Virus record (IMG/VR): IMGVR_UViG_3300045988_115146
DNA: 64,000 bases
Source: a virus
Direction: 5' to 3' (one strand)
Under the pieces are notes generated by a model, which saw only the letters and a list, made by a program, of their open reading frames with translations, did no database searches and had not been told where the DNA came from. Both the position numbers and the translations under genes were made by a program. Shown here piece by piece: positions 43,775 to 53,093 of this stretch (positions within the stretch are counted from its first letter, which is position 1; every line of letters starts with the position of its first letter).

Positions 43775-44674
43775 ATGCTTATGGTAGTGGACGGTAGTAA
43801 CCTTGCTCACCGTTCATACCATAAGTTTAAGAATCTTAAAGCTAATAATGGAGCTGGAACAGGATTAGTATATGGGTTCTTAAGAATATTTGGTTCATAC
43901 CTTGTAAGGTTTAAGCCAAGTCATGTGGTAATTACATTTGATACACATAAGAGTAAATCATCAAACTTCCGTAATGACTTATTGGAGGGTTATAAAGCTC
44001 ACAGAAGTAAGGTAAGTATGGATTATGAAGACTTCAATAAACAATTGGCTTTGTTGAGAAGGATATTGAGATTACTTGGAGTTCAAATGATCATAGACAA
44101 TAAAGGATTGGGACATGAATCAGATGATTACATTGCTTGGTTGGTAATAAACCATAAAGGAAAATCACTGATAATATCTTCTGACAAAGACTTCTGTCAA
44201 TTGTTAGATAAGAAGGTAAAGATATTCAACCCAAGTAAAGAAACTCTAGTACATAACCAGACATGTAGAGAGATAATGGGATATTCAGCAGAAGAATGTG
44301 TTGACTACTTAATACTCAACGGAGATAAGTCAGATGACATACCTGGTTATTATGGTATGGGAGAAGTAAAGACTAGATCATTCCTTGATAAATTTGGTAG
44401 TATAGCAGATTTTATTAATGATAGTGAAGCAGAATTCAAAGGTATAGAAAGAGATCAATTAGAAGAGTTATATAAGAAGAATAAGTCTCTGATAGACTTG
44501 AGATCTGCTTTGAATCTGTATCCAATAAAGATAATCCCTTGGGTAAAAGGATGTACTAATAATATAAGGAAAGACAGGTTATTCATGGTATTAGATAAGT
44601 TTAACCTAAGATCTTTCAAGATACCAGATTTTTTAGAACCTTTCAAAAAACTACAGACTTATGTATCACGGTAA
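43775..44674 (+). CDS. 5'-3' exonuclease / flap endonuclease (T4 RNase H / Pol I N-terminal domain family)
   Basis: The motifs are MVVDGSNLAHRSYH, ESDDYIA, SSDKDFCQL and GDKSDDIPG. The start was chosen after the RecA stop. Confidence 0.8.
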   Translation: MLMVVDGSNLAHRSYHKFKNLKANNGAGTGLVYGFLRIFGSYLVRFKPSHVVITFDTHKSKSSNFRNDLLEGYKAHRSKVSMDYEDFNKQLALLRRILRLLGVQMIIDNKGLGHESDDYIAWLVINHKGKSLIISSDKDFCQLLDKKVKIFNPSKETLVHNQTCREIMGYSAEECVDYLILNGDKSDDIPGYYGMGEVKTRSFLDKFGSIADFINDSEAEFKGIERDQLEELYKKNKSLIDLRSALNLYPIKIIPWVKGCTNNIRKDRLFMVLDKFNLRSFKIPDFLEPFKKLQTYVSR

Positions 44675-45320
44675 GTATCAAATTATGTTCACCGGTGTTT
44701 CTGGAGTAGGGAAAACTACTATAGCTAAAGAAATAGCCGAATTATTGAATATACCATTCATATCTGGGTCATATTCAGATTTAGTACCAGAAACAAAAGA
44801 TATGCCACATGCTGATATGATACAGCAAGATGCAAAAACAGTATTTATGCAAGATATGCAAGTATTGAATCTACGTAACAAAGCTTTCCGAATGGAAGAT
44901 AACTTTGTAACAGATAGATCATACTTTGATTCTGCAGCATATTTCATTAATAAGTTATCCCATAGAATTGAAGAATGTGATCTAGATCATGCCATCAACT
45001 TATGTAGAATGTTACTTGGTCAACAGTGTACACATTTGATATTCATACCATTTTCGGATAAATTCTTTAATGAGTGGGTAACTGAGAATAATGGTAAAAG
45101 GGTATTGTCAAAGTACTACCAATATCAAGTATCTCAAATAATGTATGGTTTATTAAAAGTATGGGGATATAAACCAGATTCAAAAATATATCAACTATGT
45201 AATGGAGTTCCCAATACAGGGGTGATGGATATAATGGGTTATAAGGTAAAAGTTCTCATACTTGATGAGATGAATCACGAAAAGAGAGAATACTTAATCA
45301 GGAAGTTTCTTCAGTTATGA
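44661..45320 (+). CDS. P-loop nucleotide/nucleoside-monophosphate kinase-like protein
   Basis: The P-loop is FTGVSGVGKTTIAKE, and the protein is small (219 aa). Substrate is unknown. Confidence 0.45.
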   Translation: MYHGKYQIMFTGVSGVGKTTIAKEIAELLNIPFISGSYSDLVPETKDMPHADMIQQDAKTVFMQDMQVLNLRNKAFRMEDNFVTDRSYFDSAAYFINKLSHRIEECDLDHAINLCRMLLGQQCTHLIFIPFSDKFFNEWVTENNGKRVLSKYYQYQVSQIMYGLLKVWGYKPDSKIYQLCNGVPNTGVMDIMGYKVKVLILDEMNHEKREYLIRKFLQL

Positions 45321-46279
45321 AGGTAATAGGAATAGCATTTTCTGACTTGCACTTAGGAGAATATTCTAAGTTCAATGAGGATAACAAGAGGACCCTGAAT
45401 CATATAAGGGTCCTCTATTTGATTAAAGACTTATGTATCAAGTATAAATGTCCTGCATTCTTTTGCGGTGATTTTATGCACCGTCCAGAATTTATAAGTA
45501 CTTCACTGGATGAAATTATAATTGAACAGTTCGAAGAATTAAATAGGTGTGAAGAATTCAACATATATGGTATATCAGGGAATCATTGTATGCCAAAAGC
45601 TAATACCATAGAACACCGTTCTCCTTCACATTGGGCAAATTTATGTCGTAGGTATTCTTTCTTACACAATATAGATTTTTCATATCATGATTTTGGTAAG
45701 TTCAGAGTAGTAGGTATACCATATATTGATCACAATAATGGATTGGATGGTTTGATAAAATCTGAATTGAAAGGGGCTATGTTAAAGCCAACCATATTAT
45801 TGTTACATACAGACTACCCAGGAGCTAAAGATACAGATAACACTGAAGTTGGAACAGTAGAGAATTTGAATGTAAATTTACTCTCTAAGTTCAAATTAGT
45901 ATTGATAGGTCATATACATAAACCTCAAAGGTTAGGGAAGAAAGTATACATGGTAGGGGCTCCTTTACAACAGAGAAGAACAGATCGTAATTGTAAACTT
46001 GGATATTGGAAAATATATGAAGACTTCTCAATGGAATTCAAGCCATTCAAATGCTTCCCAAAATTCATAGATGTATCATCAGAAGATGAAATTATGGATG
46101 ATGGTAATTACTATACGGTCATTGCTAGTAAGTCTAAAGTTATGGAAGTAGAAGATACCCCTCAAATAACCAGGGAACTTTCTAAGAAATCAATGGTACG
46201 AAAATATATGAAAGCTAATGGCATAAAAGATAAGAAAAAGAAGGCTACATTATTAAAGGTAATAAAGGAAGCAGAATGA
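45317..46279 (+). CDS. SbcD/Mre11-family nuclease (T4 gp47 analogue)
   Basis: The phosphoesterase motifs are SDLHLG, CGDFMHR, SGNHC, LLLHTD and GHIH. Confidence 0.8.
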   Translation: MKVIGIAFSDLHLGEYSKFNEDNKRTLNHIRVLYLIKDLCIKYKCPAFFCGDFMHRPEFISTSLDEIIIEQFEELNRCEEFNIYGISGNHCMPKANTIEHRSPSHWANLCRRYSFLHNIDFSYHDFGKFRVVGIPYIDHNNGLDGLIKSELKGAMLKPTILLLHTDYPGAKDTDNTEVGTVENLNVNLLSKFKLVLIGHIHKPQRLGKKVYMVGAPLQQRRTDRNCKLGYWKIYEDFSMEFKPFKCFPKFIDVSSEDEIMDDGNYYTVIASKSKVMEVEDTPQITRELSKKSMVRKYMKANGIKDKKKKATLLKVIKEAE

Positions 46280-47991
46280 TACAGTTTGGTAATATCATTA
46301 TAGAAGGTTTCTGTTCTATACCATATTTAGAATTAAACCTTGGTTTAAGGGGAATAACCGTAATAAGGGGAGCTACTGGAGAAGGTAAGACTACAATCTT
46401 ATCAGCTTTAGTATGGGCAGTATATGGTAAGAATATAAAAGGTAAGTCGGATGTTAATACCTGGGAGAAATACAGGCAAAAGAATTATCAAGGTACAAAG
46501 GTAGAGATATACTTTAGTAAAAGTGGAAAGATCCATAAGATAACCCGTTGCCTTAAATATAAAGGTGAAGTGAATGGAGCAAAGGGTAAAGACAGACTCA
46601 TATATGAGATAGATGCTATAGAGGTATCAGATAAAAATAAGAATGACATACAGGCGCTTATAGTAGCCGATTTAGGTATGTCTTATGACCTTTTCATGAA
46701 TTCAATAATGTTTGGTCAGGGAATGAAAAGGTTAATACAGGAATCACCATCTGATAAGAAAGACTTGTTTGAGGAGATATTTGAATTGGGGTATATCTCT
46801 AAGGCAAGGGAAATTGCTAAGGGATACTACACTAAATCATTAGAAGAGTATAATGATACCCATCAGAAATATTACTCAATCAAAGAAAAGAGACAGTCAG
46901 TGCAAAGGATGCTTGATGACTTAAAAGAACAAGCCAAACATATAAAGACTGATCTGTCTTCAAAGATAAAATCCTTAGAAAAGAAATTATCCATGCTAGC
47001 TAAGGCTAAAAAGTCAAATGAACTTAAGGATACAGTAACTCAGAAGAACCTAATTGAACAAAAGATACAAGAAGCAAGGGATTCTCAAAAGGAATTACTT
47101 GATAAAATAAATGATGCCAGGAGTAAAACTAAGGTATCTCTAGAAGAGTTTATTGGTATTATTATAAAGTTATTAAAGAAAGGGGATATTAAGAACTCTT
47201 TGAAACGTCTAATGGATGTTAAAAAAGCATTCGGAGACATAGAGAAGTTTCAAGATAAATATTCCAGGATATCAGATAGCATATCAAGCTATCGTGATCA
47301 GTTAGAGGATATAAAAGATAAAGAATACGAATCAAAAAAGGTACAAAGAGATATAGACAACATAGAGGCTGAAATCAAAAATTTATCATCAGAGAAAAAA
47401 ACTGGTGTTAACGTAAGCCTTATTAAGAAGTATAAAGAACAATTATCTACCTTAACAGATAAGTTGTCTGATATAGAAAATCAGATGGAAGAGAAAAAAG
47501 TAGTGGTAGATAATTATAAATGGGTGATGGATGATCCACTCGGTAACAGAGGAATAAAGGCATTCTTATTTGAGAGCTCATTAGATATATTGAATGAGAC
47601 TCTTGATTCATATTCTGAAGTATTGGGATTCAGTATACTGTTCTATGTGGATATACAAGGTGTGAAGAAAGACTTCAATACCCAAATCATAATGGATGGT
47701 ATAGAAGTATCATACGAAGAATTATCTGGAGGCCAACGACAATTGGTTAATTTAGCTATGGCTTTTGCCATGAATGAAGTGATGACTAAAGCTAAGGGTA
47801 TAAATATAGCATTCTTGGATGAGGTATTTGAAAACCTTAGTTCAGAATATATTGATTTAGTGATAGGTTTAATACGAAAAATATACAGAGATAAAACCCT
47901 ATACTTAATCTCACATCAAGAATCACTTCCAATACCAAATGCCAGGGTGCTTACTGTGACCAGAGAGAGGGGCCTTTCACAATACCAATAA
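46276..47991 (+). CDS. SbcC/Rad50-family ATPase (T4 gp46 analogue)
   Basis: Walker A is GATGEGKTT, with a long coiled-coil middle, the signature LSGGQRQL, and Walker B IAFLDEVF. Confidence 0.8.
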   Translation: MIQFGNIIIEGFCSIPYLELNLGLRGITVIRGATGEGKTTILSALVWAVYGKNIKGKSDVNTWEKYRQKNYQGTKVEIYFSKSGKIHKITRCLKYKGEVNGAKGKDRLIYEIDAIEVSDKNKNDIQALIVADLGMSYDLFMNSIMFGQGMKRLIQESPSDKKDLFEEIFELGYISKAREIAKGYYTKSLEEYNDTHQKYYSIKEKRQSVQRMLDDLKEQAKHIKTDLSSKIKSLEKKLSMLAKAKKSNELKDTVTQKNLIEQKIQEARDSQKELLDKINDARSKTKVSLEEFIGIIIKLLKKGDIKNSLKRLMDVKKAFGDIEKFQDKYSRISDSISSYRDQLEDIKDKEYESKKVQRDIDNIEAEIKNLSSEKKTGVNVSLIKKYKEQLSTLTDKLSDIENQMEEKKVVVDNYKWVMDDPLGNRGIKAFLFESSLDILNETLDSYSEVLGFSILFYVDIQGVKKDFNTQIIMDGIEVSYEELSGGQRQLVNLAMAFAMNEVMTKAKGINIAFLDEVFENLSSEYIDLVIGLIRKIYRDKTLYLISHQESLPIPNARVLTVTRERGLSQYQ

Positions 47992-48019
47992 TGACTATTG
48001 GTCATAAAGGTATAAAATC

Positions 48020-48547
48020 ATGAGAAAGAACAGTAAAAGCAAAGGTAATCGATTTGAAAGATCTGTTTGCAAGGCATTCCAAAATTGGTCAGGATATGAA
48101 TTTTCTAGAACTCCAGCTAGTGGTGGATTAAGGTGGAAAAAAGCCGATAACATATCTTCAGATGTAGTATGTTCTGATCCAAAACATGCAAAAAGATTTT
48201 CTCTATCTATAGAGTGTAAGAGTTATCATGATATAAAATTTGAGCATCTGTTACTTGGTATGAAGAGTTGTAAAATAGACAGTTTTTGGAATCAAGCTAA
48301 CAGAGATGCAGAAAGGGCTAAGAAAATACCTGTATTAATAATGAGGTATAATTCTATGCCCAAAGATGAAGCTTTCTTTATGGTAAATGAAGAAGTGGAT
48401 AATTTTTTGAAGAATCAATCACCAGAAATTTCCAGAATGGAAGTGAGCACTCCAAAGATACATGTTTTTGTTTACATGTTCAAGGAAGTTCAAAGATTGA
48501 TAAATTATGGAGATTTACATAAGTATGTACGTAAATTGATTAAGTAA
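48020..48547 (+). CDS. PD-(D/E)xK nuclease candidate (possible Holliday junction resolvase)
   Basis: GNRFERSV...SDVVCS...LSIECKS gives an E...D...ExK arrangement. It follows the recombination genes. Confidence 0.4.
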   Translation: MRKNSKSKGNRFERSVCKAFQNWSGYEFSRTPASGGLRWKKADNISSDVVCSDPKHAKRFSLSIECKSYHDIKFEHLLLGMKSCKIDSFWNQANRDAERAKKIPVLIMRYNSMPKDEAFFMVNEEVDNFLKNQSPEISRMEVSTPKIHVFVYMFKEVQRLINYGDLHKYVRKLIK

Positions 48548-48548
48548 T

Positions 48549-49259
48549 ATGAAGACCCCCTATGTATACTGTATATTCAGGCTTGATAGGAAGTTCTATA
48601 AAAGGATTAACTCTGACTTAAAAAGTAGGGGGTATAAAAATGTGAAGGCAATTATCCCTACTATAAGCGTATTAAAGAAATCACGTAAAGGTAATAATGA
48701 GTACGATGATGTTCCATTATTATTCAACTATGGATTCTTACGAATGAAGCCAGAAAAAGCCTTCGATAGATATTATTTGAACAAACTAAAGAGAGATATC
48801 CCAGGTATACTGTCATTCTTAAAATCCCTAGATTATAGGCCAAAAAGGAAAAGGCTAAGAGTTGACAATGCTGAAGACTTTGATGATTATTCTGTAGTGG
48901 CTACAATAACCAAAGAGGAAGTGAAAAAATACCGAAAGATGTCTAAAGCAAACAAGATATTTTCGGCTGACGATATAACAAGAGTAGCAATTGGTGATTA
49001 TGTAGTACTTAGAGGATATCCATTTGAAGGAATACCTGCAATATTATTAGAAAATAACCTAACTACCAAAATGATGCTAGTTAGGTTATATCCAGAGATG
49101 GATGGTAGTTTAGAAATAGAAGTACCAAGAGAAAATGTACTATACTCTGCTTATCATGAGTCAGATGAATATAAAATGTATTCTGCAGACTACGATGTTG
49201 ATTTGTCACAAATACCAGATGGTAGTACAGAAGAAATTCTAATGAACAAACAATACTGA
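48549..49259 (+). CDS. NusG/UpxY-like transcription elongation or antitermination factor candidate
   Basis: The NGN-like part is YVYCIFRLDRKFYKRINSDLKSRGYKNVKAIIPT...DVPLLFNYGFLRM. The KOW-like part is IGDYVVLRGYPFEGIPAILLE. Confidence 0.45.
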   Translation: MKTPYVYCIFRLDRKFYKRINSDLKSRGYKNVKAIIPTISVLKKSRKGNNEYDDVPLLFNYGFLRMKPEKAFDRYYLNKLKRDIPGILSFLKSLDYRPKRKRLRVDNAEDFDDYSVVATITKEEVKKYRKMSKANKIFSADDITRVAIGDYVVLRGYPFEGIPAILLENNLTTKMMLVRLYPEMDGSLEIEVPRENVLYSAYHESDEYKMYSADYDVDLSQIPDGSTEEILMNKQY

Positions 49260-49261
49260 AT

Positions 49262-50191
49262 ATGGAAAGACATCAAGAATTAGCTTGGGATTGTTTGACT
49301 GATGCAGAAGAGAATAGCCTTATGTTCATACAAGGGAAAGGTCTATCAACTTGGGAAGCTGGAGAAATTTTAAAGATGCCTCATTATAAGTATTTAGAAC
49401 TTAAGGCAAGGGCAGAAAAGTTTTTTAAGTTGTTCTCTGACTACTTCGAATTACATCCATCATTGGTAAACCCAAAATCACCCATTGAGCCAAGGTTCAG
49501 AGATTACTTATTCGGGGCAATGATTAAAAGATTATCAAAGGAAGAAGCAAAAATACACTCAGGAGATTCATCTTGGTTATTAACATCCATAACTAACTCA
49601 AGAATAATAACCAATATGAAAAGGCTTAAAGAATCAGGGAATAAGTGGGATAAAGACTTATATGCTCTGATTCTTGAGTTTGATAGGTGGAATAATTATA
49701 GGATATTACCAAGAATATTGCAAGCTCCATCTGCATATAAGAGAAGGTCAACCAAGAAAGATAAGGTATATTTATCGTATCTTCATAGAATACCCGACTT
49801 TAAGATAAGGCAGTTGATAACTGAGTATTGGAAAAATGGTCCTTCTGGTAGAAGGTATTTTACAGCTATAGTATCAGATGAACTTTTCCCAGAAGAAGGG
49901 TATGGTGTAATGCCCATAAAAAGATCTGATTATGTTATTAAGGCTATAACAGATTTAAGGATATACATATTCGAAAGCCAGACCATTGCAGATACTTTCG
50001 GATTTTTGGTGACAAGATACTTTGAAAAAACTGTTGATAGTAAAGGTGGATTGAAGTTCTGGAAAGAGTACAGAGAAATAATCCAGAAATCTATTAACTA
50101 CAAATCAATAAATAACATGGATTTTACATGTGAGACTCTAGATACTGCCTATAAATTACACAGGAAGAGGAATCTAGTATCAAACTCTTAG
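49262..50191 (+). CDS. hypothetical protein with an N-terminal sigma region-4/LuxR-like HTH
   Basis: LTDAEENSLMFIQGKGLSTWEAGEILKMPHYKYLELKARAEKFF. Confidence 0.35.
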   Translation: MERHQELAWDCLTDAEENSLMFIQGKGLSTWEAGEILKMPHYKYLELKARAEKFFKLFSDYFELHPSLVNPKSPIEPRFRDYLFGAMIKRLSKEEAKIHSGDSSWLLTSITNSRIITNMKRLKESGNKWDKDLYALILEFDRWNNYRILPRILQAPSAYKRRSTKKDKVYLSYLHRIPDFKIRQLITEYWKNGPSGRRYFTAIVSDELFPEEGYGVMPIKRSDYVIKAITDLRIYIFESQTIADTFGFLVTRYFEKTVDSKGGLKFWKEYREIIQKSINYKSINNMDFTCETLDTAYKLHRKRNLVSNS

Positions 50192-50208
50192 AATTTTTAT
50201 ACAGATAT

Positions 50209-50241
50209 TTTGTAACTTCGATAAATTTGTTTATATTTGCA
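50209..50241 (+). promoter_or_regulatory. Bacteroidota-type promoter (-33 TTTG, 19-nt spacer, -7 TATATTTG)
   Basis: TTTG at 50209-50212 and tatatttg at 50232-50239, followed by CAatgaaGAAATAATAAA. ATG at 50281. Confidence 0.65.
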
Positions 50242-50280
50242 ATGAAGAAATAATAAATATAATTTTATACTTATATTAAT

Positions 50281-50847
50281 ATGCGCAAAGGAAAGAAAAA
50301 GGACAAAAGGCCCTTAAAACTAAACAAAGAGAAGATCAAGGTAATGGGTAGTGGGTTAGAAAATATGACCTACAAAGATATGAAGAGAAGGGCAGTTTCT
50401 CTTGGTATGCCATTCCCAGATGCTTGTTCTGCAGACTACAATGGGTTGGCTTCATATATTCATCATTCGAATAATAAGCCAGACAATTCCCTCATTGATG
50501 AATATGATAAGTGGATGGATAATCAACTTGAATTAGCAGGTTATGCTAAAGATGATCCAATGAGAAGTTATCAACTTAATCTCGGATTTATCAGTGAGGA
50601 TACTGTAACAAAGCAGAAGAAGACAAAGAGGATTAAAGGATTAGAGAAACCAAAGAAACCCAAGAAAGAAAAGGATGATAACGGTCTTTGGAAAGGAACT
50701 AAGAAATCATATGTTTTTGAGCTAACATATAAAGGATTACCAATAGATCGTATTATCAGAAGAGTACAAAAGAAATTCCCGGATGCTAAAGAAAAGTCAA
50801 TTCAGCAATGGTATAGGGCAGCACTACGTAAACAAAAGAAAGAATAG
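50281..50847 (+). CDS. hypothetical K-rich protein
   Basis: 188 aa; first gene after the promoter. Confidence 0.5.
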   Translation: MRKGKKKDKRPLKLNKEKIKVMGSGLENMTYKDMKRRAVSLGMPFPDACSADYNGLASYIHHSNNKPDNSLIDEYDKWMDNQLELAGYAKDDPMRSYQLNLGFISEDTVTKQKKTKRIKGLEKPKKPKKEKDDNGLWKGTKKSYVFELTYKGLPIDRIIRRVQKKFPDAKEKSIQQWYRAALRKQKKE

Positions 50848-50853
50848 GTATAT

Positions 50854-51684
50854 ATGCCAAGAATATGGTATTTTCATAGTCATGACGATTTTGAGGAAGC
50901 TTGTTATAAGCTTGGTATACCATGGGTACCACCTGCTATAATAAATAACTCCAGTATATATTTTAAGCAGCTGTGGCTGAGAAAAGTACTTATGGGTAAG
51001 ATAAAGATCCATAAGTATAGGCAAAGAGATAAACGTTTTCTAGACAGATACAAAGAATGTATTAAAGAAGCTACAGTAGTAAATGGAGCAATAGATCCTG
51101 ATTCATTACCGCCAGATGTAAGAGCTTATTACTTCGAGAAAAAGAGAAGAGCTGATTTTCATAGGAGACATGGTAAGTTAATAAGGGAGATGGATGTTAA
51201 GATATATCTCCATAAATGGTATCCATGGTCTTATAATTACAAGGGGGAACCAGCGGTAGTATTACAGGGATTTTATTCATTAAAGGCTGCTAGACAAAGG
51301 TTCTTAATTTATTACGGTAGAGAAAACCTAAGATCAGTTCATTGGATAAAAGGAAAGACTGCCTTAGAAAAGAAATTTGTAATAGGTAAATCTCTTTTGA
51401 TAGGTGGAAAACGTAAAAAGCCGATTTCTAAGATACTGCTTACTGAGGCATATAGAAATGCAAAATCTAGTGCTCAAAGAACTCTTGGTGAAAGACTTGC
51501 TAGAAAGAAAAGACTTAGTTCACAACAAAAAGAGAAATACTTTATAAATCTGGTAGAGAAGTTTAATTATGGAGCAAAAGAATATAGAACTTTACTCAAA
51601 GCTGTTCCAGAAAAGCTTGTTAAGCTATCGAAGGCTAAAGAGACTGAGTCTAAAAGAAAGAAAACTCTTTACAAAGAAGAGTGA
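50854..51684 (+). CDS. hypothetical basic protein
   Basis: 276-aa K/R-rich ORF. Confidence 0.5.
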   Translation: MPRIWYFHSHDDFEEACYKLGIPWVPPAIINNSSIYFKQLWLRKVLMGKIKIHKYRQRDKRFLDRYKECIKEATVVNGAIDPDSLPPDVRAYYFEKKRRADFHRRHGKLIREMDVKIYLHKWYPWSYNYKGEPAVVLQGFYSLKAARQRFLIYYGRENLRSVHWIKGKTALEKKFVIGKSLLIGGKRKKPISKILLTEAYRNAKSSAQRTLGERLARKKRLSSQQKEKYFINLVEKFNYGAKEYRTLLKAVPEKLVKLSKAKETESKRKKTLYKEE

Positions 51685-52114
51685 TTTGGGATGGGGTCAA
51701 ATAAAAGTAGCTCTTGCATATAAATCCATAACTAAACGGTCTACCATAAGTTCTATCAGATGGACTAAAAGACATTGGGATGAATATAAAAAGGCAGTAT
51801 CCCAAAGACTGGGTGATATGCCACAAGTAAGGAGACTCCTAAAAGAAGAGTTTATTCTCAAAGAACTATTAATTCAGGGATTTGTTCCAATGTCAGAGTT
51901 TCCTATGAAAATGAAGACAGGGTGGTATGCTTATTTAGTAACTAACAGAAAAGTATGTGGGGATTACTATATATATCCTGAACATTTTGCTCATGATTAT
52001 AGGGCATATAAAAAAGGTTATAGGGATATTCATATTGCTCTAAATTCAGGTATAGGACAAGAAGGATATACTAGAATCTATTACACTGCATATAAAAACG
52101 GAATAGCTAAATGA
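51569..52114 (+). CDS. hypothetical protein (start uncertain)
   Basis: 181-aa ORF. It overlaps the previous ORF by 116 nt in the +1 frame, and no internal ATG occurs until much later. Confidence 0.35.
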   Translation: MEQKNIELYSKLFQKSLLSYRRLKRLSLKERKLFTKKSDLGWGQIKVALAYKSITKRSTISSIRWTKRHWDEYKKAVSQRLGDMPQVRRLLKEEFILKELLIQGFVPMSEFPMKMKTGWYAYLVTNRKVCGDYYIYPEHFAHDYRAYKKGYRDIHIALNSGIGQEGYTRIYYTAYKNGIAK

Positions 52115-52371
52115 CGGTAGTAAAAAAGAAAGAGCCTGAAAATCCCTGGGATGGTATAAAGCTCATAGTGGGAGTTAAAAAGTATTATACAGAAACAGAT
52201 AAGGCAGTTGATGATAATTTTACTCAAGAAGGTGAACCCTTTGAGGTAAAAGATCAAAATGAATTCACTCAAAAGTTGGAGGCTATCAGAGATAAAAACG
52301 TATTCTTGAAAGCTATAGCAGTCCAAGAAAATAAAGAGATATATACTCAAAAGTTTATTACAAAACTATAA
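52111..52371 (+). CDS. hypothetical protein
   Basis: 86-aa ORF; ATGA overlap with the upstream stop. Confidence 0.45.
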   Translation: MTVVKKKEPENPWDGIKLIVGVKKYYTETDKAVDDNFTQEGEPFEVKDQNEFTQKLEAIRDKNVFLKAIAVQENKEIYTQKFITKL

Positions 52372-52413
52372 TCAATCAAACAGTTTTCAAACAACTTTTT
52401 AATTAATTCAATT

Positions 52414-52965
52414 ATGGCAAAGAAAAAAGCTGCAGCAGCAAAAGAGGTAGAACGCAAGGTTCTCTCTAATGGTGTAATTCTCATCAAGTATGATGACGGT
52501 TCCTATGCACTTCTGACTCCTATTTCGGCTGAAGATTCTGAAGATGTATTTGGCGGAGAAGCTGAGGAATCTGATGACGATGATTCGGATGAAGATGAGG
52601 AATCTGATGACGATGATTCGGATGAAGATGAGGAAGAAGGTGATGATGATGACGAAGAGGATGAAGATGAAGACGATTCTGATGATGACGAAGAGGATGA
52701 TTCTGAAGATTCGGATGAAGATGAAGATGACTCAGACGATGAGGAATCTGATGACGAAGATGAAGTAACTCCCGAGGATCTGGCCGAAATGGATTTTGAG
52801 GCTCTTGAAGATCTTTGCGATGACAAGGAACTCGAAACAGATCCTGATGAGTTTGATGAAGAGGATGTAGAGAAACTTCGTAAGGCAGTAGCTAAGGAGT
52901 TGGGTATTGCTTTGCCCAAGGCAAAGGCTGCTTCTAAGAAAGACACTAAGAAAAAGAAGAAGTAA
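52414..52965 (+). CDS. extremely acidic D/E/S-repeat protein (DNA-mimic candidate)
   Basis: 183 aa. Residues about 45-115 are almost entirely D/E/S, and both termini are short basic stretches (KKKAAAAKE; SKKDTKKKKK). Confidence 0.6.
   Translation: MAKKKAAAAKEVERKVLSNGVILIKYDDGSYALLTPISAEDSEDVFGGEAEESDDDDSDEDEESDDDDSDEDEEEGDDDDEEDEDEDDSDDDEEDDSEDSDEDEDDSDDEESDDEDEVTPEDLAEMDFEALEDLCDDKELETDPDEFDEEDVEKLRKAVAKELGIALPKAKAASKKDTKKKKK
52564..52629 (+). repeat. perfect 33-nt tandem duplication inside the acidic-protein gene
   Basis: gaggaatctgatgacgatgattcggatgaagat occurs at 52564-52596 and again at 52597-52629. Confidence 0.95.
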
Positions 52966-52991
52966 AGGTAATTCCGACTATAACCAAATCC

Positions 52992-53065
52992 AAGGGAACT
53001 TCAAGTTACAATATAGTTAAATTTCATAGGTGATAATAGGCAATAAACTTGAAGTTCCCTTTTTC
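52992..53065 (+). terminator. 16-bp perfect inverted repeat with a 38-nt loop and T-run
   Basis: aagggaacttcaagtt (52992-53007) pairs with aacttgaagttccctt (53046-53061), followed by tttt. Confidence 0.55.
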
Positions 53066-53093
53066 AAAGAAACCCATAAAATAAATTAAAGAT

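Noticed and set aside
51569-51684. A +1 programmed frameshift joining 50854-51684 to 51569-52114
   Set aside because: The 116-nt overlap is unusual, but I found no recognisable +1 shift site or stimulatory element. A non-ATG start (for example TTG near 51691) would also explain it. The start is left flagged as uncertain.
52503-52946. 147-aa minus-strand poly-Ser ORF, plus the nested + strand ORF at 52544-52768
   Set aside because: Both are frame artefacts of the GAT/GAA/GAG repeat in the acidic-protein gene. Low-complexity antisense or alternate-frame ORFs are expected by chance here. The + strand frame at 52414 has a proper start, basic termini and a terminator.
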